A stretch of DNA of 63,726 nucleotides, taken from positions 1-63,726 of the IMG/VR virus record IMGVR_UViG_3300025598_000038; one strand, 5' to 3'. How positions within the stretch are numbered: position 1 is the first letter of the stretch; each line of letters opens with the position of its first letter. Shown here piece by piece: positions 54,372 through 63,726 of this stretch. The notes beneath the pieces were generated by a model that did no database searches, had not been told where the DNA came from, and worked only from the letters and a program-made list of their open reading frames with translations. Source of the stretch: a virus (lineage: Duplodnaviria > Caudoviricetes). Made by a program: the position numbers and the translations under genes.

Positions 54372-54662
54372 TTACCCAGCGACCCAAGCGCTGCCGTTGT
54401 AAAACACCGGAGTGACCACTGACCCGTTGCCCGTCAAAGGTCCCAGATACGTCGGAGACTGTGCGTCAGTGACATAGGCTTGCTGGCCTTTGGTTGCTGA
54501 CGATGGCAGCGTTGCTACCGTATAACCCGGCAAGACCGGAATCAGGCCAGCAATTTGCGCGGCCGTCACTCGCACAGTGACTCCATTCTGGACCGCTGGA
54601 ATTTGCTCCAGCCCGGTCATGGCGGTTACTGTCGGCAAGTTGGTGATTGCAATATTGGCCAT
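54372..54662 (-). CDS. Small tail-fibre-like protein
   Basis: ITNLP...EQIPAVQNGVT and YTVATLP...YVTDA...PVFYNGSAW modules. Confidence 0.65.
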   Translation of the reverse strand: MANIAITNLPTVTAMTGLEQIPAVQNGVTVRVTAAQIAGLIPVLPGYTVATLPSSATKGQQAYVTDAQSPTYLGPLTGNGSVVTPVFYNGSAWVAG

Positions 54663-54664
54663 GG

Positions 54665-55417
54665 TTAAATTCCAGTCTGCGGGATCAGCGTAAAGCCGTA
54701 GGGCAGCGTCAGGTAGGCGGTCACGATGCGAGTCTTTGCCCCCAGAAGGGACCCAGAGGCGATCGGAGTAATCTGGCTGATCTGGTAGGTAAACGCCGTC
54801 GCCGTGGTCACTGTGACGTTGTAAAACCCCGTGGCGGCGTTGTTGGTTAACCCTAGAACAGAGATCAAATTGTTCGTAGAAAGGCCGTGAGCGGCGCTGC
54901 AGGTGACCGTAATGGTCGTTGTGCCGTTGGCAATGACCGAGACGACGGGCAATTGCACGCCGTAAGCGGTGGCCTCGAACTGTGGCATTACGGCCGCCTG
55001 CTCGAGCCCGTCTCCAATATTGTTGGGGTTGGGGCCTATGGGCTGGGCGACAAGATTGTTGCCCAGTTGGTCCGCCAAGACGTTGGGAGACGGCACTGGA
55101 AGACCCGTTGTCGGATCTTTAGTAGACGCCGAAAACGCCAAATTATCAGTCGCGGCTCCAACGAAATCTTCAATACGCGCGTTGACGATCGGTGTCGGAT
55201 CGCCCGGAATGACGATTGCCCGAATATTTTCCTGAGGCTTATCGAGACAGTCATTGCAGACCAGAATCTTGATGTTCTGCAGCGTTGCTCCGCGCCATTC
55301 AAATTGCCAGATCAGGTCCACAAAGTTGTACCGAAAACCACATCGGTCACAAATTGCATGCGCCTGCGGATTGCCAGCATTAGTTCTAGCCCGGCCCGAT
55401 TGAGATGCGTACCCCAT
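54665..55417 (-). CDS. Conserved Cys-motif neck-region protein with C-terminal beta domain
   Basis: AICDRCGFRY...EW.G...LVCNDCLDKPQ; C-terminal TVTCSAAHGL domain. Confidence 0.7.
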   Translation of the reverse strand: MGYASQSGRARTNAGNPQAHAICDRCGFRYNFVDLIWQFEWRGATLQNIKILVCNDCLDKPQENIRAIVIPGDPTPIVNARIEDFVGAATDNLAFSASTKDPTTGLPVPSPNVLADQLGNNLVAQPIGPNPNNIGDGLEQAAVMPQFEATAYGVQLPVVSVIANGTTTITVTCSAAHGLSTNNLISVLGLTNNAATGFYNVTVTTATAFTYQISQITPIASGSLLGAKTRIVTAYLTLPYGFTLIPQTGI

Positions 55418-55420
55418 GGC

Positions 55421-56107
55421 TTACGGCCTGAAGTAGGACGAGATCTGGGGAGAGATGTACTGAGCCGCAGTCTCAATATTCTGCTCTGCAGCAATCTGAT
55501 ATGACTCGTCGGCCAACGGCTTAAGCATCGCGACCTTTTCAGGTGCCCATACCATGGCCAATCGTTGCGCCAGACCAAAGACAAATGCCTCAAGAAAGTA
55601 GTACGGGACTTCTACCTGAGAGTCATCGCCCAGAACGGCATCCTGAATCTGCCGCACGCGGTAGTACCGCAACTGGGATACGGTCCCGTCCGGTACTGGC
55701 CAGAGGGTCACCTGCGGCGACAGTAGGCGGTCAAACCAGAACGTCGTTGGAAAGCCTTGCTGGCTTTTGTTGGGATACGAAGCATATTCGGTACGGCTGA
55801 TCGGCATGATGATGCGATCAGTGATGCTGCCGACGCTCTGCCGGATGTACGCATCCAGCATAACGATCGTGTTGCTTGGAACATCATAGGTGCAGACGCC
55901 TTGCGTCAGGTTGACGCACTGCAAATCCACCGCCCACAGGTTAACGCCCTGACTGCTCCAGCGGCCCAACAACATGTTGGCCGCCATGCGGGCTGTCTCT
56001 AGATGCTCTTGAAGGAGCGCACTCTGCCTGATACCACACAGGTTATAAGCATAGAGCGTTGCCTCTCCGAGACCCGGATTGAAGGCATATGTGTTGCTTG
56101 TAGCCAT
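55421..56107 (-). CDS. Neck/tail tubular adaptor protein
   Basis: W..QGVNLW, ISRTEYASYPNK..QG.P, LWPVPD, YYRVRQIQDA motifs. Confidence 0.75.
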   Translation of the reverse strand: MATSNTYAFNPGLGEATLYAYNLCGIRQSALLQEHLETARMAANMLLGRWSSQGVNLWAVDLQCVNLTQGVCTYDVPSNTIVMLDAYIRQSVGSITDRIIMPISRTEYASYPNKSQQGFPTTFWFDRLLSPQVTLWPVPDGTVSQLRYYRVRQIQDAVLGDDSQVEVPYYFLEAFVFGLAQRLAMVWAPEKVAMLKPLADESYQIAAEQNIETAAQYISPQISSYFRP

Positions 56108-56235
56108 CAGTCCGCCCTATGCGAAAAGTTACTGCGCGGAATTCTACCCCACCAACAGAATGTCCAATCAAATCATACAACCTTCCCGGCGCTTTTCCAC
56201 CTATAGAAAAGCGCAAGGAAGGGCGTATCAACCTA

Positions 56236-56637
56236 TTAAGCGATGCCGATTTCGCCTTCGCACTCGATCGTAAGGCCAGTCGTGCTTGCAGCGGCGACAA
56301 AATATTCGCCGACATCAAGACGAACCTGACCGTACCAGTCGATATACGAGCCAGCAGCAACCGAAATACCGCCGGAGGTATACGCAGTTGTGCCCACACC
56401 GCCAGCGAAGAATTCCTTACCTGCTGCGCCAGTTGCGCTGACTGTGTTGATGAACCCGATGATACTCGCGGCCGTAGCAGTCGTATTCACAACGCGAATG
56501 TGACGCAGGATCACATAAGTGTTGGTAACAGTCGTACCGCTGGTGGAGCCACCAGTAGTCGTCGGCGGGGAATACACGTTAGCCATCGTTGCCGTAACAG
56601 CAACCGGGCCTGTGCGGATGATTTTATTCTGTGCCAT
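56236..56637 (-). CDS. Small virion structural protein
   Basis: 133 aa beta-rich, ILRHIRVVNTT...L..GE motif similar to 48543..48938. Confidence 0.6.
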   Translation of the reverse strand: MAQNKIIRTGPVAVTATMANVYSPPTTTGGSTSGTTVTNTYVILRHIRVVNTTATAASIIGFINTVSATGAAGKEFFAGGVGTTAYTSGGISVAAGSYIDWYGQVRLDVGEYFVAAASTTGLTIECEGEIGIA

Positions 56638-56649
56638 TTCAATTTTCCT

Positions 56650-58620
56650 TTAGGCCCAAGTGCCTATGTTGACGTTGCTGCCTGTCGTTCCAACAGGTGT
56701 AAATTTAAACCACGCCCCCGTAGCAATTGAAACCGACGTACCCGGAGCCGCTGATAGCGCAATGACTGGGTTGAGGCTGCCGCCCGTAGTGATTGCGATG
56801 ACCCCACGAATACGGTAATTCGACGTCTGGTTAGACGTTATTGAGGCAGTTACCACTGACGGAGTAACTGTCGTAAACCATTGGCTATAGGGCGATGCCG
56901 CTGTCGTTCCATTTGTAAAACGATCTACTGTGTATCCTGCATACGAAACTGTTGCTGTTGTCAGCACAAATCCGAATGATTCTGTATGCGCCGTTGTACC
57001 AGCAGTCGTTAACTGAAATTCGCCTTCAACAAAGTAAACCGTGCTGGCTTGTAACACTACGCCGGACGTTAAGCCTGTACCTGTCGCAGTGCCCAGAATA
57101 ATCTGGTTTCCGGTTGCGTTAGAAAGCGTTCGAGCGGTTGGGTTTACCCAAAGATAAGTAACTTCTTGCAAACCACGAGCGGTGCCTGCAGGCGTGAAAT
57201 ACTTTAATTTTCCATCGTATTCAATCGCGCCCGCTGCAGGCGTGGTCAAGTTAGTGCCAGAGGTCAGTTTAATGGGCGCGACGGTTGTTGTGCCTGCAGC
57301 ATGACTTGCGCCGCCGTTAAACGTCGCCAAGCCAGTGTAGGTTGATGTGGAAGTTACAGATAACGTATCTGTTGATGTGCCACCAGTAACAGATGCGCCG
57401 CCACTAAAAGTGGCCAATCCCGTAAGCGTACTTGTTGAAGTAACCGACAATGTGTCGGTTGTAAATCCACCTGTGACACTTGATCCAGCGGAAGAAGTAA
57501 AACCGCTTTGAAACGACGCTGACAAAATTGCAGTCAACTGCGTGAACTGGCCTGTTCCCGCTGCATTTGCGCCGATATTGCAAGCGTCAATCTGACCCAA
57601 TGTTACGCCGGGAGAACCGCCCGGATAAATTACCAATCCACCCGCTGTTTGCGCTTGATAGATAAATCGAGAAATAGAACTCAGTACTGGGAACACAATT
57701 TGTACGTTCTGAGATCCAACATTGCCCGTCAGATCTGAAGACCCAGCCGTAAAATTGTCCGTCGTGACAAGCGTTCCATTAGGCGCCGTAAAACCTACGG
57801 GGAAAAAATTTGGTACGTTCTGCTGCGAAAAATCCGGCGCATCAACGTAATCGGCCTCAAAGACCAAAATAGCGCTGCTACCGCCACCGCCCGAACCCGA
57901 TGCGCCTGTAGCGCCCGTGGCCCCAGTCGGTCCGGTAGGCCCAGCGAATCCCGGCCGACCATCTTGGCCGTCTTCCCCGTCTTGAGCCATCATGAAAAGC
58001 GCCGCGCCCATAGGGCCTGCAGCGCCAGCCGCGCCGGGAGCACCTTGCGGCCCAGCCGGGCCAATCAGGCCATCTTCGCCGTCAACGCCGTCAATTCCGG
58101 GAGGCCCTTGAAATCCGGCAGTACCCGTGGCTCCGGTAGCGCCTGTGGCGCCCGTAGCACCTGCGCCCGTAGCACCTGTGGCTCCAGTGGCTCCCGTGGC
58201 GCCCGTGGCACCTGTAACGCCTGTAGCGCCCGTGGCGCCTGCGCCAGTGGCTCCGGTGGCGCCAGTGGCCCCGGTGGCTCCAGTAGCGCCAGAAAAGCCC
58301 GGCCGACCGTCTTGGCCGTCTTCGCCATCCTGCGCCATCATAAACAGCGCAGCCCCGGGAACGCCTTGAGTGCCCGCTGATCCTGCTGGACCTTGAGGCC
58401 CAGCAGGCCCTATCAACCCATCATCGCCGTCAATGCCGTCATTGCCGGGAGGGCCTTGCAGCCCGGTGGGGCCTGTAACCCCAGTAGGTCCCGTAGCGCC
58501 TGTCGGCCCGGTAGCGCCAACAGACCCCGGAGGACCCTGCGGCCCTTCAGTACCGACTTGGACTATCTGCGGATTGTCGCAGGAAGTCACAACGACGGTC
58601 GAATTCGGGTTGCTACTCAT
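56650..58620 (-). CDS. Collagen-like tail fibre protein
   Basis: Long G-X-Y tract (~57900-58545) with duplicated [30 protein letters not shown] fibre motif. Confidence 0.85.
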   Translation of the reverse strand: MSSNPNSTVVVTSCDNPQIVQVGTEGPQGPPGSVGATGPTGATGPTGVTGPTGLQGPPGNDGIDGDDGLIGPAGPQGPAGSAGTQGVPGAALFMMAQDGEDGQDGRPGFSGATGATGATGATGATGAGATGATGVTGATGATGATGATGATGAGATGATGATGATGTAGFQGPPGIDGVDGEDGLIGPAGPQGAPGAAGAAGPMGAALFMMAQDGEDGQDGRPGFAGPTGPTGATGATGASGSGGGGSSAILVFEADYVDAPDFSQQNVPNFFPVGFTAPNGTLVTTDNFTAGSSDLTGNVGSQNVQIVFPVLSSISRFIYQAQTAGGLVIYPGGSPGVTLGQIDACNIGANAAGTGQFTQLTAILSASFQSGFTSSAGSSVTGGFTTDTLSVTSTSTLTGLATFSGGASVTGGTSTDTLSVTSTSTYTGLATFNGGASHAAGTTTVAPIKLTSGTNLTTPAAGAIEYDGKLKYFTPAGTARGLQEVTYLWVNPTARTLSNATGNQIILGTATGTGLTSGVVLQASTVYFVEGEFQLTTAGTTAHTESFGFVLTTATVSYAGYTVDRFTNGTTAASPYSQWFTTVTPSVVTASITSNQTSNYRIRGVIAITTGGSLNPVIALSAAPGTSVSIATGAWFKFTPVGTTGSNVNIGTWA

Positions 58621-58707
58621 TGACTACGGCCAGCCGGAGGTTGGGATAGTCGAATGATACATGCCCCCGGTGTAATTTCCACAACCGGGAGCAAATAGGC
58701 AGTTACA

Positions 58708-59238
58708 TCACTTTTTGGTGAGGGTGATGATTAAATCCCGGTAGGAATTGATGTACCGCCCCATGGCAAACATCTTCATTTCCTGATTTCGGGTTTCCAG
58801 CCAAGGATCCCACGAGCCGCCAATGACGAAATCGAAGTCGCAGGTCAAAGGCGCGTGGGGCGCATTCACGTCACGCCAGTCCTTGTTCAGGTAGTAGACC
58901 GCCCATTCAGACATCGGTGGCCACTGGTGAGTCGGATCGCCGTAGGCGCAGGCATTCGACCAGTGCGGCGTGATGACCCGAGCCTGACCGCCCTTCTTCA
59001 GGACGCGGCACAGTTCGTTCCAGAACACGACGCGCTCATTGTTGGTCAGGTGCTCGATGAAGTGACTGGAATGTACTTCGTCAACCTCACCATCCGCCCA
59101 CTGCCACCCCGGCTTACTGGCGTCCATGACGATATCGACGCCCTCAAAGGCGATGGAGTCGACGCCCAGAAAGCCTTCTGCCTTGCGCTTGCCGCACCCG
59201 ATGTCGAGTTTGATCGGCTTTTTCTCTTCGGTGCTCAT
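58708..59238 (-). CDS. Class I SAM-dependent methyltransferase
   Basis: LDIGCG, SSHFIEHL, E..RVLKKGG, DPTH motifs. Confidence 0.88.
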   Translation of the reverse strand: MSTEEKKPIKLDIGCGKRKAEGFLGVDSIAFEGVDIVMDASKPGWQWADGEVDEVHSSHFIEHLTNNERVVFWNELCRVLKKGGQARVITPHWSNACAYGDPTHQWPPMSEWAVYYLNKDWRDVNAPHAPLTCDFDFVIGGSWDPWLETRNQEMKMFAMGRYINSYRDLIITLTKK

Positions 59239-59246
59239 ATGTTTCC

Positions 59247-59981
59247 TTACCACATCGTATCAGGTTGACCAAACTTGCCCTCGAAATCGTAGTGCCCCAC
59301 GAGCACTCCGCAATCGACGGCGCATCGATAGCCATAGTTTCGAGCATCATTCCAGAAATAGAGGTCCTGCGTGCCAATGCCCTGACCTTCCGAGCCGTTC
59401 AGCGTCTTGAACCATGGGCGGCGCAGGCGCTCGTCCTTGAACATGCTCGTGCGCCACAGGTTGAAGCCCATGGACGTGCCGCAGCACTCGACCAACTGGC
59501 CCGGAACCGGCACCTGCGGACGGAAGTTCAACGCGTCCTTCGGGTCACCCCAAATGTGAGCGCAGCCCTCCGGTCCCTTGCACCAGTACAAGCCGCCGAT
59601 GCAGGAGTACTCCGGATGCAATTCCATCTGCTTGATCAGGCGGATGACGCCGTCGCCCGGCGGGCAGTTGTCTGCCTCGATGGTCAGGATGTATTCCCAC
59701 TGGCTCAGGTCAGGGTGGGCCAGAATCTCGCTGATGCAATTGCTATACGCTTCGCCGACTTCCTGCCCGAGGGCAAGCATCCGGTGGACTGCTTGATTGG
59801 GCGGGAAAGCCAAACCCCAGTGCGATAAGGCTACTTTGGTAGGGATGGTCGAGGCGGCGGGTAAGATGACTATGACACGCTGCTTTTTCCAAGATCCGCC
59901 TTCGTAAACGCGAGTAGCAGACTTGTCCAAGTCATCGTTGTGATAGCCGGGGTCGTGATTGTTCACGATCTGTGGTTTCAA
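59247..59981 (-). CDS. GT-A fold (GT2-like) glycosyltransferase
   Basis: YILTIEADN (ExD in the DxD position), GGLY, GMGF-like TSMGFNL, PWF, QDLYF...GY...VD....GH motifs. Confidence 0.75.
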   Translation of the reverse strand: MKPQIVNNHDPGYHNDDLDKSATRVYEGGSWKKQRVIVILPAASTIPTKVALSHWGLAFPPNQAVHRMLALGQEVGEAYSNCISEILAHPDLSQWEYILTIEADNCPPGDGVIRLIKQMELHPEYSCIGGLYWCKGPEGCAHIWGDPKDALNFRPQVPVPGQLVECCGTSMGFNLWRTSMFKDERLRRPWFKTLNGSEGQGIGTQDLYFWNDARNYGYRCAVDCGVLVGHYDFEGKFGQPDTMW

Positions 59982-59992
59982 AACACCCTCCT

Positions 59993-62900
59993 TTAATACA
60001 AAGCAAATTGAATATACGGAGCGAAATTCGCATTAATAGATTGGATTGAATTACTCGCAATACTAGAGGGCCAAGCGTTAGATGTCGATGTATACCTAAA
60101 GCCCCATTGGTCAAACACGGCCGTGGTCACAGATGTTGTTGGCGAAATGGCCGCGTTGATAGCGCCCGTGCCACGGGTCGCTCCAGCCCAACTGAGATTC
60201 CATGTAGCGCCTGCAGCACTGGTGCTGATTGCCATGCCGACATAGTATTCGCCGCTTCCTGCGATGCTGCCAGAGAACGGCATAGACATCAGGTTCAAGC
60301 CATTGGGGATGGCGTTCAGGTTGGTCGAACTGGCGGTGTAACTGCCCGCGCCCTGCGAAAGAGTGAACCCGCCATTTTGTGTGGACGAACCGCTGACCGC
60401 GAGTACATACGACGATGAACTCATCAGAGTGAGGCGATTGGCATTTGCACTGTCTTTTGAGTACAGCGCATAACTGCCAGTAAATGTGTTGCCCCAAGTT
60501 GAAGTGCCAAGGACAGTTGCGATCGATATTATCTGATTCAGGCTGCTGAAACTGACGGCTGCCTGAGGATAGGCTGGAGCAAAGTACAGGCTATTTGCCG
60601 CAAAAGACGTCGCCGAGTTAGCAGCAACAGGCTCAAACCGTGGCGTCGTATACCCGCCGCCACCGCCCGAGTTGGCCGACAAAGATAGGCTAACGCCAGC
60701 CGTGTTGACGCTTAGGGTGCCCGTCAAGTTGGTCAGGTTGAGGGCCGTTCCTGTTCCCGCCACAGATATCGCGCCAGAAGACCCGTTGACGTTAGACACA
60801 TACGAAGTCGGTACTGTCGGGACCGTATAAGACCCAAGAATACTGCTGTTAGATGTGTAGAACGTAAATCCATTTCCCGTTCCAAAAGATAAAGTCTGGA
60901 ACGTGTAAGTACCGTTTGAACCGCTAACAGCGTTAAATGGCGCGCCAATGCTGATCGTGCTTCCATTGGCAGATACGCTAACCATGCCAGTGCCGCTAAT
61001 CGAAGACGTAGCAGGAACATTTAATCCAGACAGCGAAATATTGATGCCGCTCGTGTTAAGCGTAATGCTTCCGCTGATGTTGGTTCCGCCAAAGCCAGTA
61101 CTGGTTCCGGCAATATTTCCTGATGCCTGAGTCTGAACGGTTTGAGATGCATATGTAGTCAGGAACGATGGGATTGCCATAGACAATCCGTTCGTTCCTA
61201 AGGCCGCCGTAATGACAGAGCCGCTAGTAGAGGTGCTGGTAAAGCCAGTTCCCGCAATCGCGCCAGTAGCCTGCGTTTGCGTAGTCTGTGCGACGTAAGT
61301 CGTAATGTATGGGGGAACCGAAAGAATCAATCCATTGGTTCCATGCGCGCCAGCAATCAAAACGCCGCTAGTCGTCGATGTGGTAAATCCAGTTCCCGCT
61401 ATAGCACCTGAAGCCTGCGTTTGAACCGACTGCGTATAGCCCGTCAGGAACGCTGGCACCGCCATAGACAACCCATTCGTACCCAACGCCGCCGTAATTA
61501 CAGAGCCGCTAGTAGAAGTGCTGGTAAACCCGGTTCCAGCAATTGCGCCCGAAGCCTGCGTCTGAACCGACTGCGTATAGCCTGTCAGGAACGATGGTAC
61601 GCCCATAGACAAGCCATTTGTACCCAACGCCGCCGTAATGACAGAGCCGCTAGTAGAGGTGCTGGTAAATCCAGTCCCCGCAATAGCGCCAGTAGCCTGA
61701 GTCTGCGTAGTCTGTGCGACGTAAGTCGTAATGTATGGGGGAACCGAAAGAATCAATCCATTGGTTCCATGCGCGCCAGCAATCAAAACACCGCTAGTCG
61801 TCGAAGTCGTAAATCCAGTTCCGGCAATAGCCCCTGAAGCCTGCGTCTGCACTGACTGCGTATAGCCCGTAAGGAATGCAGGCACAGCCATAGACAAGCC
61901 GTTTGTACCCAACGCTGCCGTGATAACGGAGCCGCTAGTAGACGTGCTTGTAAAGCCTGTTCCTGCAATCGCGCCTGATGCCTGCGTCTGTACTGTTTGG
62001 GAGGCGTACGTCGTTAAGAACGCAGGGACCGCCATAGACAGTCCGTTCGTTCCCAACGCAGCCGTAATCACTGATCCGCTAGTTGAAGTGCTGGTAAAGC
62101 CAGTACCTGCGACTGTGACAGATCCAGAAGAGCCGTTGACCTGCGCGACATAAGAAGTAGGTGCCGCAGGCGTGCTTCCAGAGATCAAGACAGAGCCGTT
62201 ACTAACGCCTACGCTGACAAGGCCAGCACCAGCAAATACCAGACTAGATTGATTCAGAGAACCAGAGGTAGACAGGACCGTATTCGAGACGGCGTACGCA
62301 AAAGGCGCTGGAACACCAATGCTGATAGTGCTTCCAGTCGTCGAGATGCTGACAAGACCAGTACCGCTAATAGACGACGTAGCAGGCACTGACTGAGTCG
62401 TGTACGTGGTGATGTACGGAGGTACAGACAGGATCAGGCCGTTAGTGCCCTGAGCGCCTGCTATGACGCTGCCTGTATTGGTCGTCGTCGTAAAGCCAGT
62501 CCCGGCTATAGCGCCCGACGCTTGAGTCTGAACGGTCTGAGAGGCGTAAGTAGTCAAGAATGCAGGGACTGCCATGGACAGACCGTTGGTCCCGAGTGAC
62601 GCTGAAATAACAGAACCGCTAGTCGATGTGCTGGTAAATCCGGTTCCCGCAATAGCGCCAGTAGCCTGAGTCTGCGTAGTCTGTGCGACGTAAGTCGTTA
62701 GGAATGCAGGGACCGCCATGGACAGTCCGTTTGTTCCTAAGGCTGCGGTGATGACGGAGCCGCTAGTAGATGTGCTAGTAAACCCTGTACCCGCAATTGC
62801 TCCCGAAGCCTGAGTCTGTACTGATTGCGTGTAAGTTGTCAGGAATGCGGGCACGGCCATGGACAAGCCGTTTGTGCCTAATGCTGCAGTGATTACTGAA

Positions 62901-63726
62901 CCACTGGTCGATGTGCTCGTAAATCCTGTTCCCGCTACAGTAACTGAACCTGACGATCCATTTACCTGCTGGACATATGAAGTTGGAACGGCAGAAATTG
63001 AAGCAGTGATTGTTCCGTTGCTCAACCCAAACGAAACATTGTTTGAGTTTGCAAAAGTAATTCCGCCAAAAGCGCCAGAACTTGCTCCGGCAGACACACT
63101 AAGAGGAACGGCCGCTACAGTGTTTGCTGATATAGTTACCGACATACCAGCAGCGTTTGTTGACCCAGAAAGCGTGATATTGCTTCCGCCAGCCAAGACA
63201 AATTGATTTGATACTGTACCGCTGTTGCCAGTCGTATTGCCGCCAGAAATGCCTGCCGAAAAAGCCGGGGCGCCAATACTTATGGTGCTTCCTGTCGTCG
63301 ATATGCTGACTATGCCTGTACCGCTAATCGATGAGGTTGCAGGGACTGACTGAGTCGTGTACGTGGTGATGTACGGAGGCACAGACAAGATCAGGCCGTT
63401 AGTGCCCTGAGCGCCTGCTATGACGCTGCCTGTATTAGTCGTCGTCGTAAAGCCAGTCCCGGCTATAGCGCCCGACGCTTGAGTCTGAACGGTCTGAGAG
63501 GCGTAAGTAGTCAAGAATGCAGGGACTGCCATAGACAGTCCGTTTGTTCCCAACGATGCCGTAATGACTGAACCACTAGTCGAAGTGCTGGTAAACCCGG
63601 TCCCTGCAACGCTGATAGACCCAGAAGAGCCATTGACCTGAGCAACGTACGATGTAGGCGCCGCAGGCGTACTGCCTGAGATCAAGACAGAGCCGTTACT
63701 AACGCCTACGCTGACAAGGCCAGCGC
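59993..63726 (-). CDS. 3' part of giant Ser/Thr/Gly repeat fibre protein (starts at 3053)
   Basis: ORF track 59993..63685; frame is open to the contig end and continuous with 1..3053; non-repetitive C-terminal domain of about 220 aa. Confidence 0.9.
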   Translation of the reverse strand, partial: AGLVSVGVSNGSVLISGSTPAAPTSYVAQVNGSSGSISVAGTGFTSTSTSGSVITASLGTNGLSMAVPAFLTTYASQTVQTQASGAIAGTGFTTTTNTGSVIAGAQGTNGLILSVPPYITTYTTQSVPATSSISGTGIVSISTTGSTISIGAPAFSAGISGGNTTGNSGTVSNQFVLAGGSNITLSGSTNAAGMSVTISANTVAAVPLSVSAGASSGAFGGITFANSNNVSFGLSNGTITASISAVPTSYVQQVNGSSGSVTVAGTGFTSTSTSGSVITAALGTNGLSMAVPAFLTTYTQSVQTQASGAIAGTGFTSTSTSGSVITAALGTNGLSMAVPAFLTTYVAQTTQTQATGAIAGTGFTSTSTSGSVISASLGTNGLSMAVPAFLTTYASQTVQTQASGAIAGTGFTTTTNTGSVIAGAQGTNGLILSVPPYITTYTTQSVPATSSISGTGLVSISTTGSTISIGVPAPFAYAVSNTVLSTSGSLNQSSLVFAGAGLVSVGVSNGSVLISGSTPAAPTSYVAQVNGSSGSVTVAGTGFTSTSTSGSVITAALGTNGLSMAVPAFLTTYASQTVQTQASGAIAGTGFTSTSTSGSVITAALGTNGLSMAVPAFLTGYTQSVQTQASGAIAGTGFTTSTTSGVLIAGAHGTNGLILSVPPYITTYVAQTTQTQATGAIAGTGFTSTSTSGSVITAALGTNGLSMGVPSFLTGYTQSVQTQASGAIAGTGFTSTSTSGSVITAALGTNGLSMAVPAFLTGYTQSVQTQASGAIAGTGFTTSTTSGVLIAGAHGTNGLILSVPPYITTYVAQTTQTQATGAIAGTGFTSTSTSGSVITAALGTNGLSMAIPSFLTTYASQTVQTQASGNIAGTSTGFGGTNISGSITLNTSGINISLSGLNVPATSSISGTGMVSVSANGSTISIGAPFNAVSGSNGTYTFQTLSFGTGNGFTFYTSNSSILGSYTVPTVPTSYVSNVNGSSGAISVAGTGTALNLTNLTGTLSVNTAGVSLSLSANSGGGGGYTTPRFEPVAANSATSFAANSLYFAPAYPQAAVSFSSLNQIISIATVLGTSTWGNTFTGSYALYSKDSANANRLTLMSSSSYVLAVSGSSTQNGGFTLSQGAGSYTASSTNLNAIPNGLNLMSMPFSGSIAGSGEYYVGMAISTSAAGATWNLSWAGATRGTGAINAAISPTTSVTTAVFDQWGFRYTSTSNAWPSSIASNSIQSINANFAPYIQFALY
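63600..63726. repeat. 127-bp terminal direct repeat (copy of 1-127)
   Basis: Identical sequence. Confidence 0.95.

Noticed and set aside
1-63726. tRNA genes, integrase, DNA polymerase, alternative genetic code
   Set aside because: None recognised by eye; hallmark genes are intact under the standard code. tRNAscan and HMM searches were not run.

Overview
This window is an apparently complete, circularly assembled ~63.6 kb tailed-phage genome. It looks podovirus-like, with portal, adaptor, nozzle and ejection proteins but no sheath or tape-measure gene; the host is probably a proteobacterium. Bases 1-127 are identical to 63600-63726 (assembly overlap), and the junction falls inside a ~2219-aa collagen plus Ser/Thr/Gly-repeat fibre gene. 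Most genes are on the minus strand: terminases, portal, a 2212-aa polyvalent protein, GroES, scaffold, Mu gpT-like capsid, tail, ejection and lysis genes, a glycosyltransferase/methyltransferase pair, primase-helicase, a UvrD-like helicase and many small early genes. A short plus-strand operon encodes an RHH regulator, RuvC-like resolvase, PD-(D/E)XK nuclease and an SSB-like protein. I recognise no integrase, DNA polymerase, parA, tRNA or CRISPR. Two things stand out. (1) A ~1.2 kb region next to terS carries a set of host chromosome-maintenance sites: two phased DnaA-box arrays, IHF consensus sites, a dif-like XerCD site and a perfect parS palindrome, with none of the cognate proteins encoded. 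(2) An x-[A/K/S]-x-G-G motif recurs in six probable internal-virion or ejected proteins and sits at the domain boundaries of the polyvalent protein, suggesting a Gly-Gly processing or packaging code. Product calls come from motif recognition by eye, not database searches.
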